Positions 50,266 through 61,650 of a stretch of DNA of 64,000 bases are shown piece by piece. The notes under the pieces were generated by a model, which saw only the letters and a list, made by a program, of their open reading frames with translations, searched no databases and was not told the origin of the DNA. The position numbers and the translations under genes were made by a program. How positions within the stretch are numbered: the first letter of the stretch is position 1; every line of letters starts with the position of its first letter. The stretch is taken from assembly GCF_004210375.1 (NCBI RefSeq), contig NC_134837.1, positions 115,816,421-115,880,420 on the forward strand, in the 5' to 3' direction. The stretch comes from Tachypleus tridentatus (Eukaryota).

Positions 50266-52075
50266 TCTCATGTGAAGGTAGTATACCAAATGACAGCATT
50301 ATTAAATATCATACACAGCTCTTTCTCTGTTATAATAATCTATATTTGATACTTTCATGAAGGACAAGTTCAACAGAGTTTTAGTTTACATATAGTTAGG
50401 GATTATTTTTCCCTTATAGTTGTTACTTGACATATCAAATAATTATGAAAGTTACTAAAGCCAAATGTAATGATTTATTTAACTTTACATTTCTTTTTAT
50501 TATGTAGAAACCTTTTTTTTTTCATTTATTTGACTATATGTATTTTTTCTGTTAGTAGCCTATTAAAAAGCTATAATTTTTTATTGTGGCTCAGTAGTAA
50601 TACAATGTAGCCTACATTATTTCTTGCTAATGAGTCTGATACTTAATTTTTCAAGAAACATTTTTGGAACTTCTGTAGCCACAGCTAGCTCAATTTCATT
50701 TTTTGAATCTCAATCCTAACAATATCTGAGTTTTATACCCTTCCAAGTGAATCTAGTTTGATCTGGATTGGAGAACAATTTGGAAACCCAATCACATTCG
50801 TTCATCCCCATAGACAATTAGTTCTCTCATGCACAGTACTTGAATATATGAAAATTGATATTTACCCTTGATATAATGCATGCATTTGTATATTTGAGTG
50901 TTTTGCTATATTGCCTTCATGCATGTTATGTCTTCAAAATTTTGTTTCGTTATAATTATGCCATCATTGTCAACCAAGCACATAAGAATACCTATAAATA
51001 GATTCACTCTGAGGTTAGCATGGTCACAACCACATGGGATTTCTTACAATAGACACTGGAGGCTTTAGGATTTGAATTGGGGACTCCTTATGTACCTGCT
51101 GGTCGAACGACATATTGATTTGTTTATCTTTTGAACACTTTCAAAGATTTTCTTCATTTTGATAATGTAAGAGTCAGAATGCATAAGATATTTAGAATAG
51201 GTCTTAATTCATTGTTTCTATCTTGCCACGATCCCATGTTGAACTGATATGTCTTGTTAAGCTGTAACTTTGTGCTCATACCAGTAACAATGACTTTTGT
51301 GTACAGTTGTCTTCTATGGTCCTGTAATTAGAATATATGTGTGTGTGTTTGCTTATATGAACCTTGACAATGTTGCTAAACTTGTTAATTCTTGATTGTT
51401 ACAGTTTAAACATCTGTGATCATCGTGTGGGTTTATATGGGGCAACAATTTCTGACAGAAATTACACAAGTTGATAAAATGTTAATAAATCCTTTTTTAT
51501 TCACAAAACATAAATATTATTTTTTGTTGTATATATTGTTTCATAACAAATCAATACAAGTATTATGAGTGAAACTAGTTTCAAAGCTCATTTCTCACTT
51601 CCATTCTTTTAGTTTGTTATATTACAGCAGGTAAACTTAAAATTGGAGCTTCTGCTATGGAGTTTTTTCAACTGCAGAGTTACATTTTTTTAAATACATG
51701 ATGCCTGGTAACAAATGATTAAAACAATAAAGAATATTTTAGTAAATACATTTATTTATCAATTCTGGAATGAAATTTTATAATCTTAAAAATGTATTTT
51801 TAACATTTATCCAGTTGAGCTCACTTATATAGGTGAATTTGAAACTGCATAAATATCTTTACAGGTACAAAACTTGTGATCAGCTGCACATTAGGAAAAC
51901 TCCTGTTCAAAATAAATAACTTTTTTCTTTATTACAAATACTAGTTATTTTTGTATTGGTATCTTCTCACAAATGAGAAATGTCTTTTTTACATGTTATT
52001 AAATTTGTTGTTAAATGTAGTTTCTTACTTAATTTGTTCAGCAACTGAGATAAAATGTTGCATACTGTTATTCAG

Positions 52076-52319
52076 GCATGAGGCAGAAAGACGTGAACAA
52101 GAAGCTAAGGGTCGTCTTGAAAGACAGAAGATTACAGATGAGGTAGAAGCAGAACATGCCCGAAAAGAACTGTTAGAGCTACAAGCTTCTAGCATGGTGG
52201 TAGAAAGCTGTGGACAGGCTAAAGCAGAGGCCCAAAGTCGAGCAGAGGCTCAGCGAATTGAAGGTGAAGCTGCAGTTGAGCAAGCCAAATTAAAAGCTGA
52301 AGCCATAAGAATTGAAGCT
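52076..52319 (+). CDS. MVP: MVP exon 12 (acceptor 'tgttattcag|g', donor 'gaagct|gtgagt')
   Basis: '(R)[81 protein letters not shown]' against human '[81 protein letters not shown]'. Confidence 0.9.
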
Positions 52320-53038
52320 GTGAGTTTTCATAATTTTCAGTCAAATAAAAACTGCTGTTGTAGAATTGAAAATAGGACTTGCAGTAGAACAAGGCTATGA
52401 AAACATTAACATAGTTTTCAAATAAAACCCCATTGGAGCTATAAACTGATATTTGTTGTTAGTACTGTAGTTTTAACAAATTATTGAAAGACTGTTATTA
52501 CAAAATCAGTTGATGTAATACTTTCTTTACCATGAATTTATACTTTAAACAATGAAAAAAATTAATACTCTGTCAGAGGTTTACTTCATAAAAAGAATGC
52601 TCTTTCATACTAAAAATTTTCTTTTGTAAAATGAACCTGTTTCACTTTTTCTGTGCTGGATATTTCATTTTCAAAATGAATCCATTTAATACTTTCTCTG
52701 TCATGAAATGAAAATTATAACACATTCTCTATCAAGTATTTTCTTCAGTTCAGTAGTGAAAAACAATTTACTGACATGGGATGTTAAACAAAACTTTCAT
52801 TTTTCTAATTATTACTATATCTTATCTCCATGTTCCAGCAGCTTTAGATTATACTTGAATAAAGTTTGACAGTAAACCAAGCAAAATGTTTATTCCATAC
52901 AATTTAATTTATTCTCTTTATTGTATAAGATAACACACTAATGTATGAGATTTTGTTAGATACTGGGTAATAATAAAGTAATTTAATATTACACTTGTGA
53001 AGATGTATTAAATACAGCTTGTTTTCTTCTTCTTCCAG

Positions 53039-53227
53039 GAGACAGAACTAGAACGACTAAGTAAAGCTCGAACAGCTGAGATTCATTATCTTCAGGAACA
53101 GAACCAGTTAGAAGTGTTAAAAGTTCAAGAAATTGCAGATATTGAGACACGCAAATTCAAAAATATAGTTGATTCTCTAGGTTCAGAAACCATCCGTTCC
53201 ATTGCTTTGGCAGGTCCAGAATTACAG
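53039..53227 (+). CDS. MVP: MVP exon 13 (acceptor 'cttcttccag|', donor 'ttacag|gtatta')
   Basis: 'ETELERLSKARTAEIHYLQEQNQLEVLKVQEIADIETRKFKNIVDSLGSETIRSIALAGPELQ' against human '[63 protein letters not shown]'. Confidence 0.85.
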
Positions 53228-53398
53228 GTATTATTTGTATTATTAACCTTCACTGGTATTTTCATAGACACATCTCAAATACTTCAAAGGTTTATATATT
53301 TCTTCAATCTCTAACAATGGTATCATAATTTTGAGATATTATGAAAATATAAATGTAATATAAAATCTTTAAGCAAATAATCAAACATTTATTTTTAG

Positions 53399-53530
53399 GT
53401 GAAGCTTTTGCAAGGACTTGGCATCAAGTCAACTTTAATTACAGATGGGATGACTCCTCTCAATCTTTTCTCCACAGCAAAAGGCCTTCTGGGAATTACA
53501 TCTCCTAAATCCCTTGAAGAGTCATCTAAG
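53399..53530 (+). CDS. MVP: MVP exon 14 (acceptor 'atttttag|', candidate donor 'tctaag|gtacaa'). The extreme C-terminus is unresolved: the exon either splices to an unidentified downstream exon or reads through 29 more codons to the TAA at 53618-53620
   Basis: '[44 protein letters not shown]' against human '[37 protein letters not shown]..'. Confidence 0.75.
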
Positions 53531-54721
53531 GTACAAATTTCACAGCTATTTAACTGTTTCAATATAATTTTGGTCAATTTGACCAACCATGTGACTTCAT
53601 TGTATTCATTTAGTCTATAGATTTAATACTTCACACTATACTGAAAGTTAATATATCTTTACAAATTTCACAGACAAAAGATCACTTTTAGTAAAGTATT
53701 TTTCATAAACTAAAATAAAGTTTTGTCCGTGAATATATTAAGAATTTGTTTTGAATAGTCCATGTGCAAAGTAATTTTCATGTTTGGATTAAAAATACTT
53801 TTTCTCATCTCAAAAAATTCTCAGATTTCCTTTGTGTAATCCCTAAAACCTCCTAAATATATTTTAGACATGTTTTTTTTCAGTGAAACTTTATATTTTA
53901 TCTGTTATTTTCTCTACTGTAACTCAAAAAAGGATTGGTCAATTTGCCTTACTTGGTAACCACCAAAAAAGAAATCTAAATAACCCCCCCTTTTCTAGAA
54001 TGACTTCAATTTGTAATATGCAACTACATTCGTTTATCCTAAATAGCCTTAACCTTGTAACAATATACATTTATTTATAATTAAATTTTATTGTTTTACT
54101 ATCCTTTGAACTGTGTGTAACTATCTGTACCATTATATTTTAAAATCACATGGTACATGTTACATCATCGAGTTACATTACTCACATGCTGCTTGCATGC
54201 TTCCTTCGTGATTTGTAAAACATTTTTATGATATTACTGTTTATTTTACACAATCTAATCAGTAACCTAAAAATATCCCTATTTTTTACATTTTAGTTAC
54301 TTTCATAATAATAAATAAACATGAAAAAAATACTTAACCCAATTTTTTTTCTTGCTGTTAATTGTTGAGGACATTGAAGCCTACTTTGTTACACAAATAA
54401 TGCATTAAATAATGCACCAAAGAGCATACACTCATAACATACAAAAAGAAGACATTTTTTCTGGCTTTCTAATTGTGTGACAAGAGCCATTACAAATTCA
54501 TCTAAGCTCGTCTTTAAGTTTCTCACTGGAATGTTGTTTGTACTCTGAATTTGACTGTTATCTGTTCAAAACACAGTTATATATAATTAAATGTAAGGCA
54601 GAACTAGCACTGTATCCTGAAAGAAAGGATGTGACTTTGTATTTATAGCTCTGTAACCTAACAGAATTAAAGGCTATAGAAATTATGGTTTGTCTGAACA
54701 ATAATAATTACTCTTTTTATC

Positions 54722-54740
54722 TTTTTTTTTTTTTTTTTTT
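54722..54740. repeat. Poly-T homopolymer of 19 nt
   Basis: 'ttttttttttttttttttt'. Confidence 0.9.
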
Positions 54741-55646
54741 AAGGAATAGTGTAAAATATATACAAGATGACTAAAGAAAATATGTCTTGTATCACAATAA
54801 GAAAATCAGGTTTTTGTTTAATATTTCCTTGTAGAATTAGGAACTTCAAACTTATATATATTCTTAAAATATGGATTGTTAGGTAATACTAATTAATGTA
54901 ACATAAACAAAAGTAGTTTAATAAAATTTTGAATGTAAGACACTAACTAAAACTTTGTCATACATAGTAAAGGATACCCAGGGTGAAAGAGTTAAATAAG
55001 AATGCTCTATTTTTTCTAAATTAAGCTGACTATAGTTATAGAAGATAAAATGTAAGTTGATTCTTTTAGTGACAGATCAACAAGATTCACTAGATATGAT
55101 AATGAATTTTGGTGTCAGAAATGTATTAATTAGTTTTTTTCAGTAAAAAGAAAACTTGAAATAGTATAATATGTTTTATATCAAGCATTTTCTTCAGTAT
55201 TAAAGTATTTATAATCATGGTATGTTAAAAAAGACTTTCTTTTCTATAATTGTTACTATATCTTATGTTATAACACCTCAACATTGTACTGGAATAAATT
55301 TTTTTAACAGTAACCAAGCAGTGTCTGTTCCATAAAATTTAATCTCCTATATTATTTTGGATAAAAGTGCAATGAAAACATCAAAAAAATCTTCAAATAA
55401 AAATTGTATATAGTAAAACAGGGAAATTTGTTTCTTAAACCTCATTAAAGCTATGAGTTAATACTGGATATTGCTAATACTATAGTTTTAAATAAAATTT
55501 TGTTAAAACCATGGTATATAGCACAAAAAGACTGATTAAAATATCAATTAGTGTAATACTTTCTCTACTAAGGGTTTATCCTTTAAACAATGAAGAAGTT
55601 TAATACTTTATCAGGAGACAAAACTAGAATGATTTCTTCTCAACAG

Positions 55647-55738
55647 TAATAAACAGTGCAATAAATATAATCCTATGCTCCATATGTGTGTTCATAAGAT
55701 ACTGGAGCATAGGATTATATTTATTGCACTGTTTATTA
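55647..55738. repeat. Perfect 36-bp inverted repeat separated by a 20-nt loop, giving a hairpin of about 92 nt
   Basis: The left arm 'taataaacagtgcaataaatataatcctatgctcca' and the right arm 'tggagcataggattatatttattgcactgtttatta' are exact reverse complements. The loop is 'tatgtgtgttcataagatac'. Confidence 0.85.
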
Positions 55739-57694
55739 TAAAGATGTAGTTCTTCTTAGGACAACATTATATTGCTCAAGTTGTTTTTGGTTATTTTGTT
55801 ATGTCGAAAAACACAACAGTGTCATACAAACATGTATTCATTAGTAAAATGCTGACTTAATGTTTCAGGGAGAAGAGGACACTTAAAAGTACTCTGCAAA
55901 ATAAACACTTCAAAGGTTGGAACTGTTTTCATACCCAAATTTCTGTAGAATGCACATGCCTATTATACATTTCACATAGCTAATTGTGTGTTTAATTTGA
56001 ATATGCAGTTACTTAATTCTAAAATATTTATGTATTATTAACTGGCATGTTTTAACTAATGTTTTATTACATCATTCAAATTCCTTTATCAATTAATAAT
56101 ACAACAAAGGAAACTAAAGATTATTAAAGAATTCCCACCATTGTAGTATCTTCAAGCTTTATATTAATGGCTTTAATAACTATCTGAAATGGCTTTTTGA
56201 TTTTAGAATGTTCCAGATGGTTAAAACTTATAGAAGTTTGCTTTAATCAACATATTATTCTAAGAATGCTAATTAATGTCCAAGTATAATAGAAGATAGT
56301 TGGAAGTACACAGTTGCTGTCTGTTTTAAAGTGAATCATGTATTTTGTGTTAGATAAATTTACATATAGTAATTATATGTCTGAAATAAGTAGAAATAGT
56401 AAATGTGAAGTTTTGACTATATATTTCATCACTGTTCTGTTGATTTTGGTGATTTACCTGTATACTTAAATATAACTAATAAAATTTATATTAATGTATC
56501 TAGAATAAAAAACAAGATTACTCTTTCTGTTGTACTTTTCTCTTATTGGTGGAAATAGTTACATTTCTTTTGGTTTGCACAAAAATCACTTTACATTGAA
56601 TTTCTCATCTGAAAGAAAAAATCAGTTAATTTGTGACAAACAGAGGTTAGTTAAAGTAGGTTGCACTAGCATTGAAACTTCAATAAACTGCATATGTATG
56701 CAATTTAAAGATGAACAAACTTGGCTTTGTGCTGAGGTGCTTTCTGGTGTAATGTTTATCATAATTCATATACAATTTTTATTTTTTATGCCATATACTT
56801 TGAATATTGTATGTAAAAGAAGATTTAGGAAGTGGGTATGGAATCACTTAGAATAGAGTAAAACAACTACTTCATCCACCTAATGTAGCTTGTAGAGGTT
56901 TTGAAGAATTTTGTTTGGATCAATATCATGAAACAGCATCTTGTAGGTTATATTGGTTTTAATGGAATAGACCATTTGAAAAACTATGCTGCTAATAGTA
57001 TTGCTGCTAACTCATCAAAATGTGTACATATAGCCTTTTTTTCATAAAGCACAATAAAATGGTGACAAATTACTTTTATGAAGGACATAGTAGTTGGGTT
57101 GTAGATGTTTTTTGAAAAACTTGAATATGGAACAGCATTTACATGAGGAGAATCATCAACCAAATCCTGCAGACATTTAATCCATAAGAAGAAAAATTAA
57201 ACAGAAGATATCTTATTTATGATGAGAATAAGTGGATTTTAGTCATACATGTAAACAATAACTCAACAGGTTTAATTACTTATTAAATGTATTTCACAAA
57301 ATTAATTGCAAATGATAGGTACAGTTGAGTTACAAGGAATGAGATATGACAGATTTATGTAAAAGTATGTAATGGAAATCTTTATAGTTTGCAAAATATA
57401 TTAAATAAGAGAAGGGAAGCTCTTTTATGCTTGTATGTCTGAGTAAAAAAAAAAGAGTATGTGGTGTAACTGTCAAGAGCATATTACTTAATAAAGCCTT
57501 CTACATCTTTATTAGCATATAAGAGAGAATCACTAAAAGAGAATGTCCTAAAGTTAAAATGTAACACAATAAAAATAACCCTAAGATTAAAGCAAAATAT
57601 TACATGAAATAAAGTAACTAAATACAGAATAGCAATAAAATGTAATAAAACTAACATTCTATATTGATGAACATCTCTTAAAACTTATGTATTT

Positions 57695-58362
57695 CAGAAT
57701 GGCTGGTATGGGTATTAACACTTCTAGTGATTAGGAGAGAACAACGTTTTGACCTTCCTAGGTCATCTTCAGGTTAAGAAAGAGTAAGTCTGAATGTGAC
57801 CGTTGCCGGACACGTCTTAGGGATGAGAGTATAAATGGGTATGGGATGGTAGGGGGTGTTGTTGGCAGATGTTAGGTTATTAATTAGTATAGGTATAAAG
57901 GTGTTCCTTTATATTGGTTTAATTTTGATTTTAGTTTTATAAGTAGGGCTTCTTTGATTTTGTGTTTGTTTATATTTGTTTCCCTACTTAATATCTGTGA
58001 TTTTTATATGGTTATGTTGTGTTCATTTGATTTGCAGTGTTCAAAAACATGTAAAGGTGTTTTTCATGTTCTTTGAATCTAGTTTCCATTTTTCTACTTG
58101 TTTCTCCAATATAGAAGTTGTGGCAGTTGTTGCACTGTATTTTATAAATTATGTTGGTGTTGTGTTTGTCAGTGTAGTTGTTACATAGTATGGACTTCAG
58201 TTTTGTACCTGGTATTTACTAGAATGTTGTGTTTTAAGTTTTTTTCAAATGTTGGTTATTTTTTTGCTCTTCTTTCTTAACCTGAAGATGACTTAGGAAG
58301 GTTGAAACCTTGTTCTCTCCTTATCAATAAAAGTGTTAATACCCACACCAGCCATTCCAAGA
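57695..58362. mobile_element. MITE copy B, about 670 bp, in the same orientation as copy A
   Basis: The left end is 'cagaatggctggtatgggtattaacac', and the reverse complement of the right end is 'ttggaatggctggtgtgggtattaacac'. The internal 'ttttgaccttcctaggtcatcttcaggttaag...ccctacttaatatctg...ctccaatatagaagtt...cttaacctgaagatgacttaggaaggt' is collinear with copy A. Confidence 0.7.
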
Positions 58363-58365
58363 TAC

Positions 58366-58400
58366 ATTTTTACACCTTTGTGCAAATTAATTGAAACAAA
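58366..58400 (+). repeat. Solo Tc1-like terminal inverted repeat fragment abutting MITE copy B
   Basis: 'TACACCTTTGTGCAAATTAATTGAAACAAATAG' is nearly identical to the 17706-17738 left terminal repeat. No matching right end or transposase lies nearby. Confidence 0.55.
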
Positions 58401-58599
58401 TAGCTTATCCACTTAGATGGTTTTTAGAATGGAAATTATATGTACTTTAAAAATAAAATTATCCTACATAAGAATACAGTACAGATTTATCATTTAATCA
58501 GCTAAAAAATAAGATTAAAGAATTGCAATAAAAATGTTATAGTTCCCATTGATAAAATTAACTGTAATATTGATATAATTCTATGCATTAATAATGATA

Positions 58600-59700
58600 A
58601 AAGAAATTTAATACTACATAAACTTTTAAACTTGTCAACCAAATCCAAAGATATAGTAATTAATAATTTTGTTAAAGCTTATCATAAACTTTCTTTTAAA
58701 CATAATTCTTATGTAGATTTACAGTTTATTTATGTTATTCCAAAATTACATAAATCTCCAACTCAGGTTTATTTCCAATTTAATAAAAACGATTATCAAA
58801 CAACTGGCCATATTAAATAAATTACTTAATATTTTACTTGATAAAATAGAAAATGTAAGTATTAACAATAAAAGACATGCATTTTGAATAACAAAAAAAA
58901 CAACCCATTTTAGAATGTTTAAAAAAGTGTGAGCAGGTAAATAGTATTCAAACATTTAATTTTACAACACTTTATACTACAATACCATTAAAAGATTTAA
59001 TCTTTGTTTTAAATTCATTAATAGAACAATATTGTTCTCATTTTATAGAACTAGAAAAAAAAGAAAGTGTCGTTCCAAAAACATGAAAGATATGTTAAGT
59101 TTCTATTTTTCAATAAATACGTTTTTAAATAAGTGATAGGAGTTCCAATGGGAACTACCTATTCAACTTGTGCAGCAAATTTATATTTATATTACTATGA
59201 AAATATATTTATTGAAAACTATACAAATACAAATATTTTACCTGTAGACATACTGATGATTTAATTAGCATAAATAATTCTGAAACATAAAATGTTATTG
59301 CCACCATTTATCCAACAGAATTAGAAATTGAAAATACTTCAATTTCTAATACAGATACACATTATTTAGAAGTTAAAGAATTGATAAAAATGATATCAAT
59401 ATAAATATTTTTGATAAAAGAAAAGATATTGATTTTCCAATTTATGGTTTACCCTCCTTATGTAGTAATGTGCCATACCCATCTTCATAAACATTATAAC
59501 TTCACAGTTATTCAGATATTGTAAACTTGGTAATAAATTACAATATTTGAATAATAATGTTGATATACCGATACAAAAATTAATAGCTAATGGATTTAAT
59601 AAAAAAAATTTAGATAAAATTATTAAATTATTCTGTAATAAATACAAAGAAAATAAAATCAGAGAAATTCTATTAAAAATTACTAAAAAATATTAGTTAA
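58600..59700 (+). mobile_element. Decayed, A-rich RT-containing retroelement fragment, possibly Penelope-like
   Basis: Translated fragments read 'YVDLQFIYVIPKLHKSPTQ' (cf. the Penelope 'P.IHK...P.RPIVS'), 'IGVPMGTTYSTCAANLYL' (cf. 'QG.P.SP.L.NLYM') and 'RHTDDLISI' (a YxDD-box variant), each interrupted by stops. Confidence 0.35.
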
Positions 59701-59929
59701 AAATAAGGTCATCTAAGAACATGGTAGTACTTTATGCGGATGTATACCATAAGCAGCATATAAAAGCACAACAGTCATAGTAAACTATCACTTTGCTGAT
59801 GTCGTGTTAATTGGTACCTTTACCATATTGGGGGCAGGAATACTAACTTAAAAAGCTAAGTTTTATTTTACTTACCCCCAAATGGTAGTACCCTATTTTC
59901 ATTTTTATTTATTTATTTTTTTTTTTTGT

Positions 59930-60400
59930 AACTTGGTTATTTTTTTCTTTTTGTAACTTGGGAGAGCAGTCACCTTCCTACAACAGTTTGCAGGCAGTGA
60001 ATGGTGATATAGATGTGGAATGTTGTGGGCTTGAGCACCCATATCTCGCTCTCTTAATTTCTAATTTTTTTACACAAAACTAGCAAATTGGAGGTTAAGA
60101 CTGATAGATGGTGTATCTCCACTGCAATATGGGTCCTATTTTTTCAGTCGCCTCCAAAGCCTAGGATACATTTTATAATCCAACATTGTACCTTGTACCG
60201 TAGGATCCTTTCTTTAAAAAAATTTCAAGTTAATGTGTTTTGGTTTATGGCTTGAATATTTAATGGTTATAAAATAACTGTTTCTAATGCAGTCCTTCCT
60301 CATGATTTTGTTTATTCATATAACTTCATTTAGATATAAATTATTTCATTTCACTAAAATATATATATATTTCTTTTTTTCAAGCACTTTTCCCTTTTTT
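59930..60400 (+). repeat. Interspersed repeat 'family B' copy 2
   Basis: Collinear with 23690-24235 and sharing the same conserved blocks. Confidence 0.7.
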
Positions 60401-60439
60401 TTTTTTTTTTTTTACTGTCTAAATCCAACTCTGTGGCAA

Positions 60440-61650
60440 CTGGTACCTGATCAGGTATTCTTCTTATAGTCAAATCCACACTGCACACTGCACATTTCTG
60501 ACTCCATGGCTATAACACACTCACTGTTGAGATGAGGTTTCCATAAAATCCTTGTGCAATATATTTGCTTCATTAATATGCTCATTCTAGACTGAACTCT
60601 TTCATAGACTTCATTGGTAAGCAGAAGGGGATGGCTATCCATTTCTGCCCAGCATGAGATTGTTTTAAAAGTGAGAGTTTTTGTGGTCATCTGCTGCACT
60701 GTCTCTGGTGACATTCCTCTGGAATCTTCACTGCATTTTCTCCTTCCATTTTTCTGACAGTGGAGTATGGGAGTCCTAATCACTTTCCAGTTCAATATCA
60801 CAGGGGTAGTGGACCATGGAGACATCATCTTGAATGAATGTGATAGTGATATATGATACAAACAATAATTAGACCATTCATCTGAGAGTAAGGCGGTGGT
60901 GTTCTGCTGATGTAGATGATGAGATATCCTCCAATCTGATACTCTAACTCTGTATGGGTTTCTATAATGGGATGTGATAGCTTTTGGATTGAGCCATCAA
61001 AATTGCAGTTAATCCCTTCAATTGAGATTCTTCATCCAACATCCATGTGGATGTCAATTTCCAGTGACTGGGTTTTGCATTCAGAGCTGAACCAATCAAC
61101 ACAAGTCCTCAAACATGTATTACAGGTATTTTTGTTCCTCCATCCATGTTATAGTTCACAATGGAGGTACTTGTTGGATAATATGGTTCTTACACTATTG
61201 CTCAATATTTTATTATAGCAAGGATGTTATTGCACTTGTTGCAGTTCCTTTCAGACTGGTTTTGAGTGAGATAGTTTACATTACAACAGACATCTTCAGA
61301 ATACCAATTATCCAGATGTTGGATTCCCAGGTTGGTCAATCACTTACTTGTATTGCTATCCTGTGTCCCGTTCATAAATCGGGGATATTGAGGTTCCCTT
61401 TGATTTGCTGTACTTGAGGTGAAGATGGTATGATTCTCTTACTACTCCTGTCAAGTGGCTGGGTTTTGAATTGTAGTTGACTTGCTGCTGGTATGATCTT
61501 CTGTCCTATACCTACATGAATGTCAGTCCCCATTGGCTTAAGATTTGGATTGTAGTTGACTTACTAATGGTATGATCCTCATCTTACCTTCGTGTAGATG
61601 TCGATTCTCAGCAGCAATAATTTAATTGAAAACAAGATCCTTTGGCATTG
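60440..61650 (+). mobile_element. R1-family copy 4, internal segment, with about 60-bp tandem repeats at 61440-61600
   Basis: 'agtggagtatgggagtcctaatcac', 'gtagtggaccatggagacatc' and 'aggcggtggtgttctgctgatgtagatg' match 14800-14990. 'tgaaccaatcaacacaagtcctcaaacatgtatt' matches 15380-15430. A minisatellite-like block ('ggttttgaattgtagttgacttgctgctggtatgatc..') corresponds to the 14985-15265 minisatellite. Confidence 0.65.
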
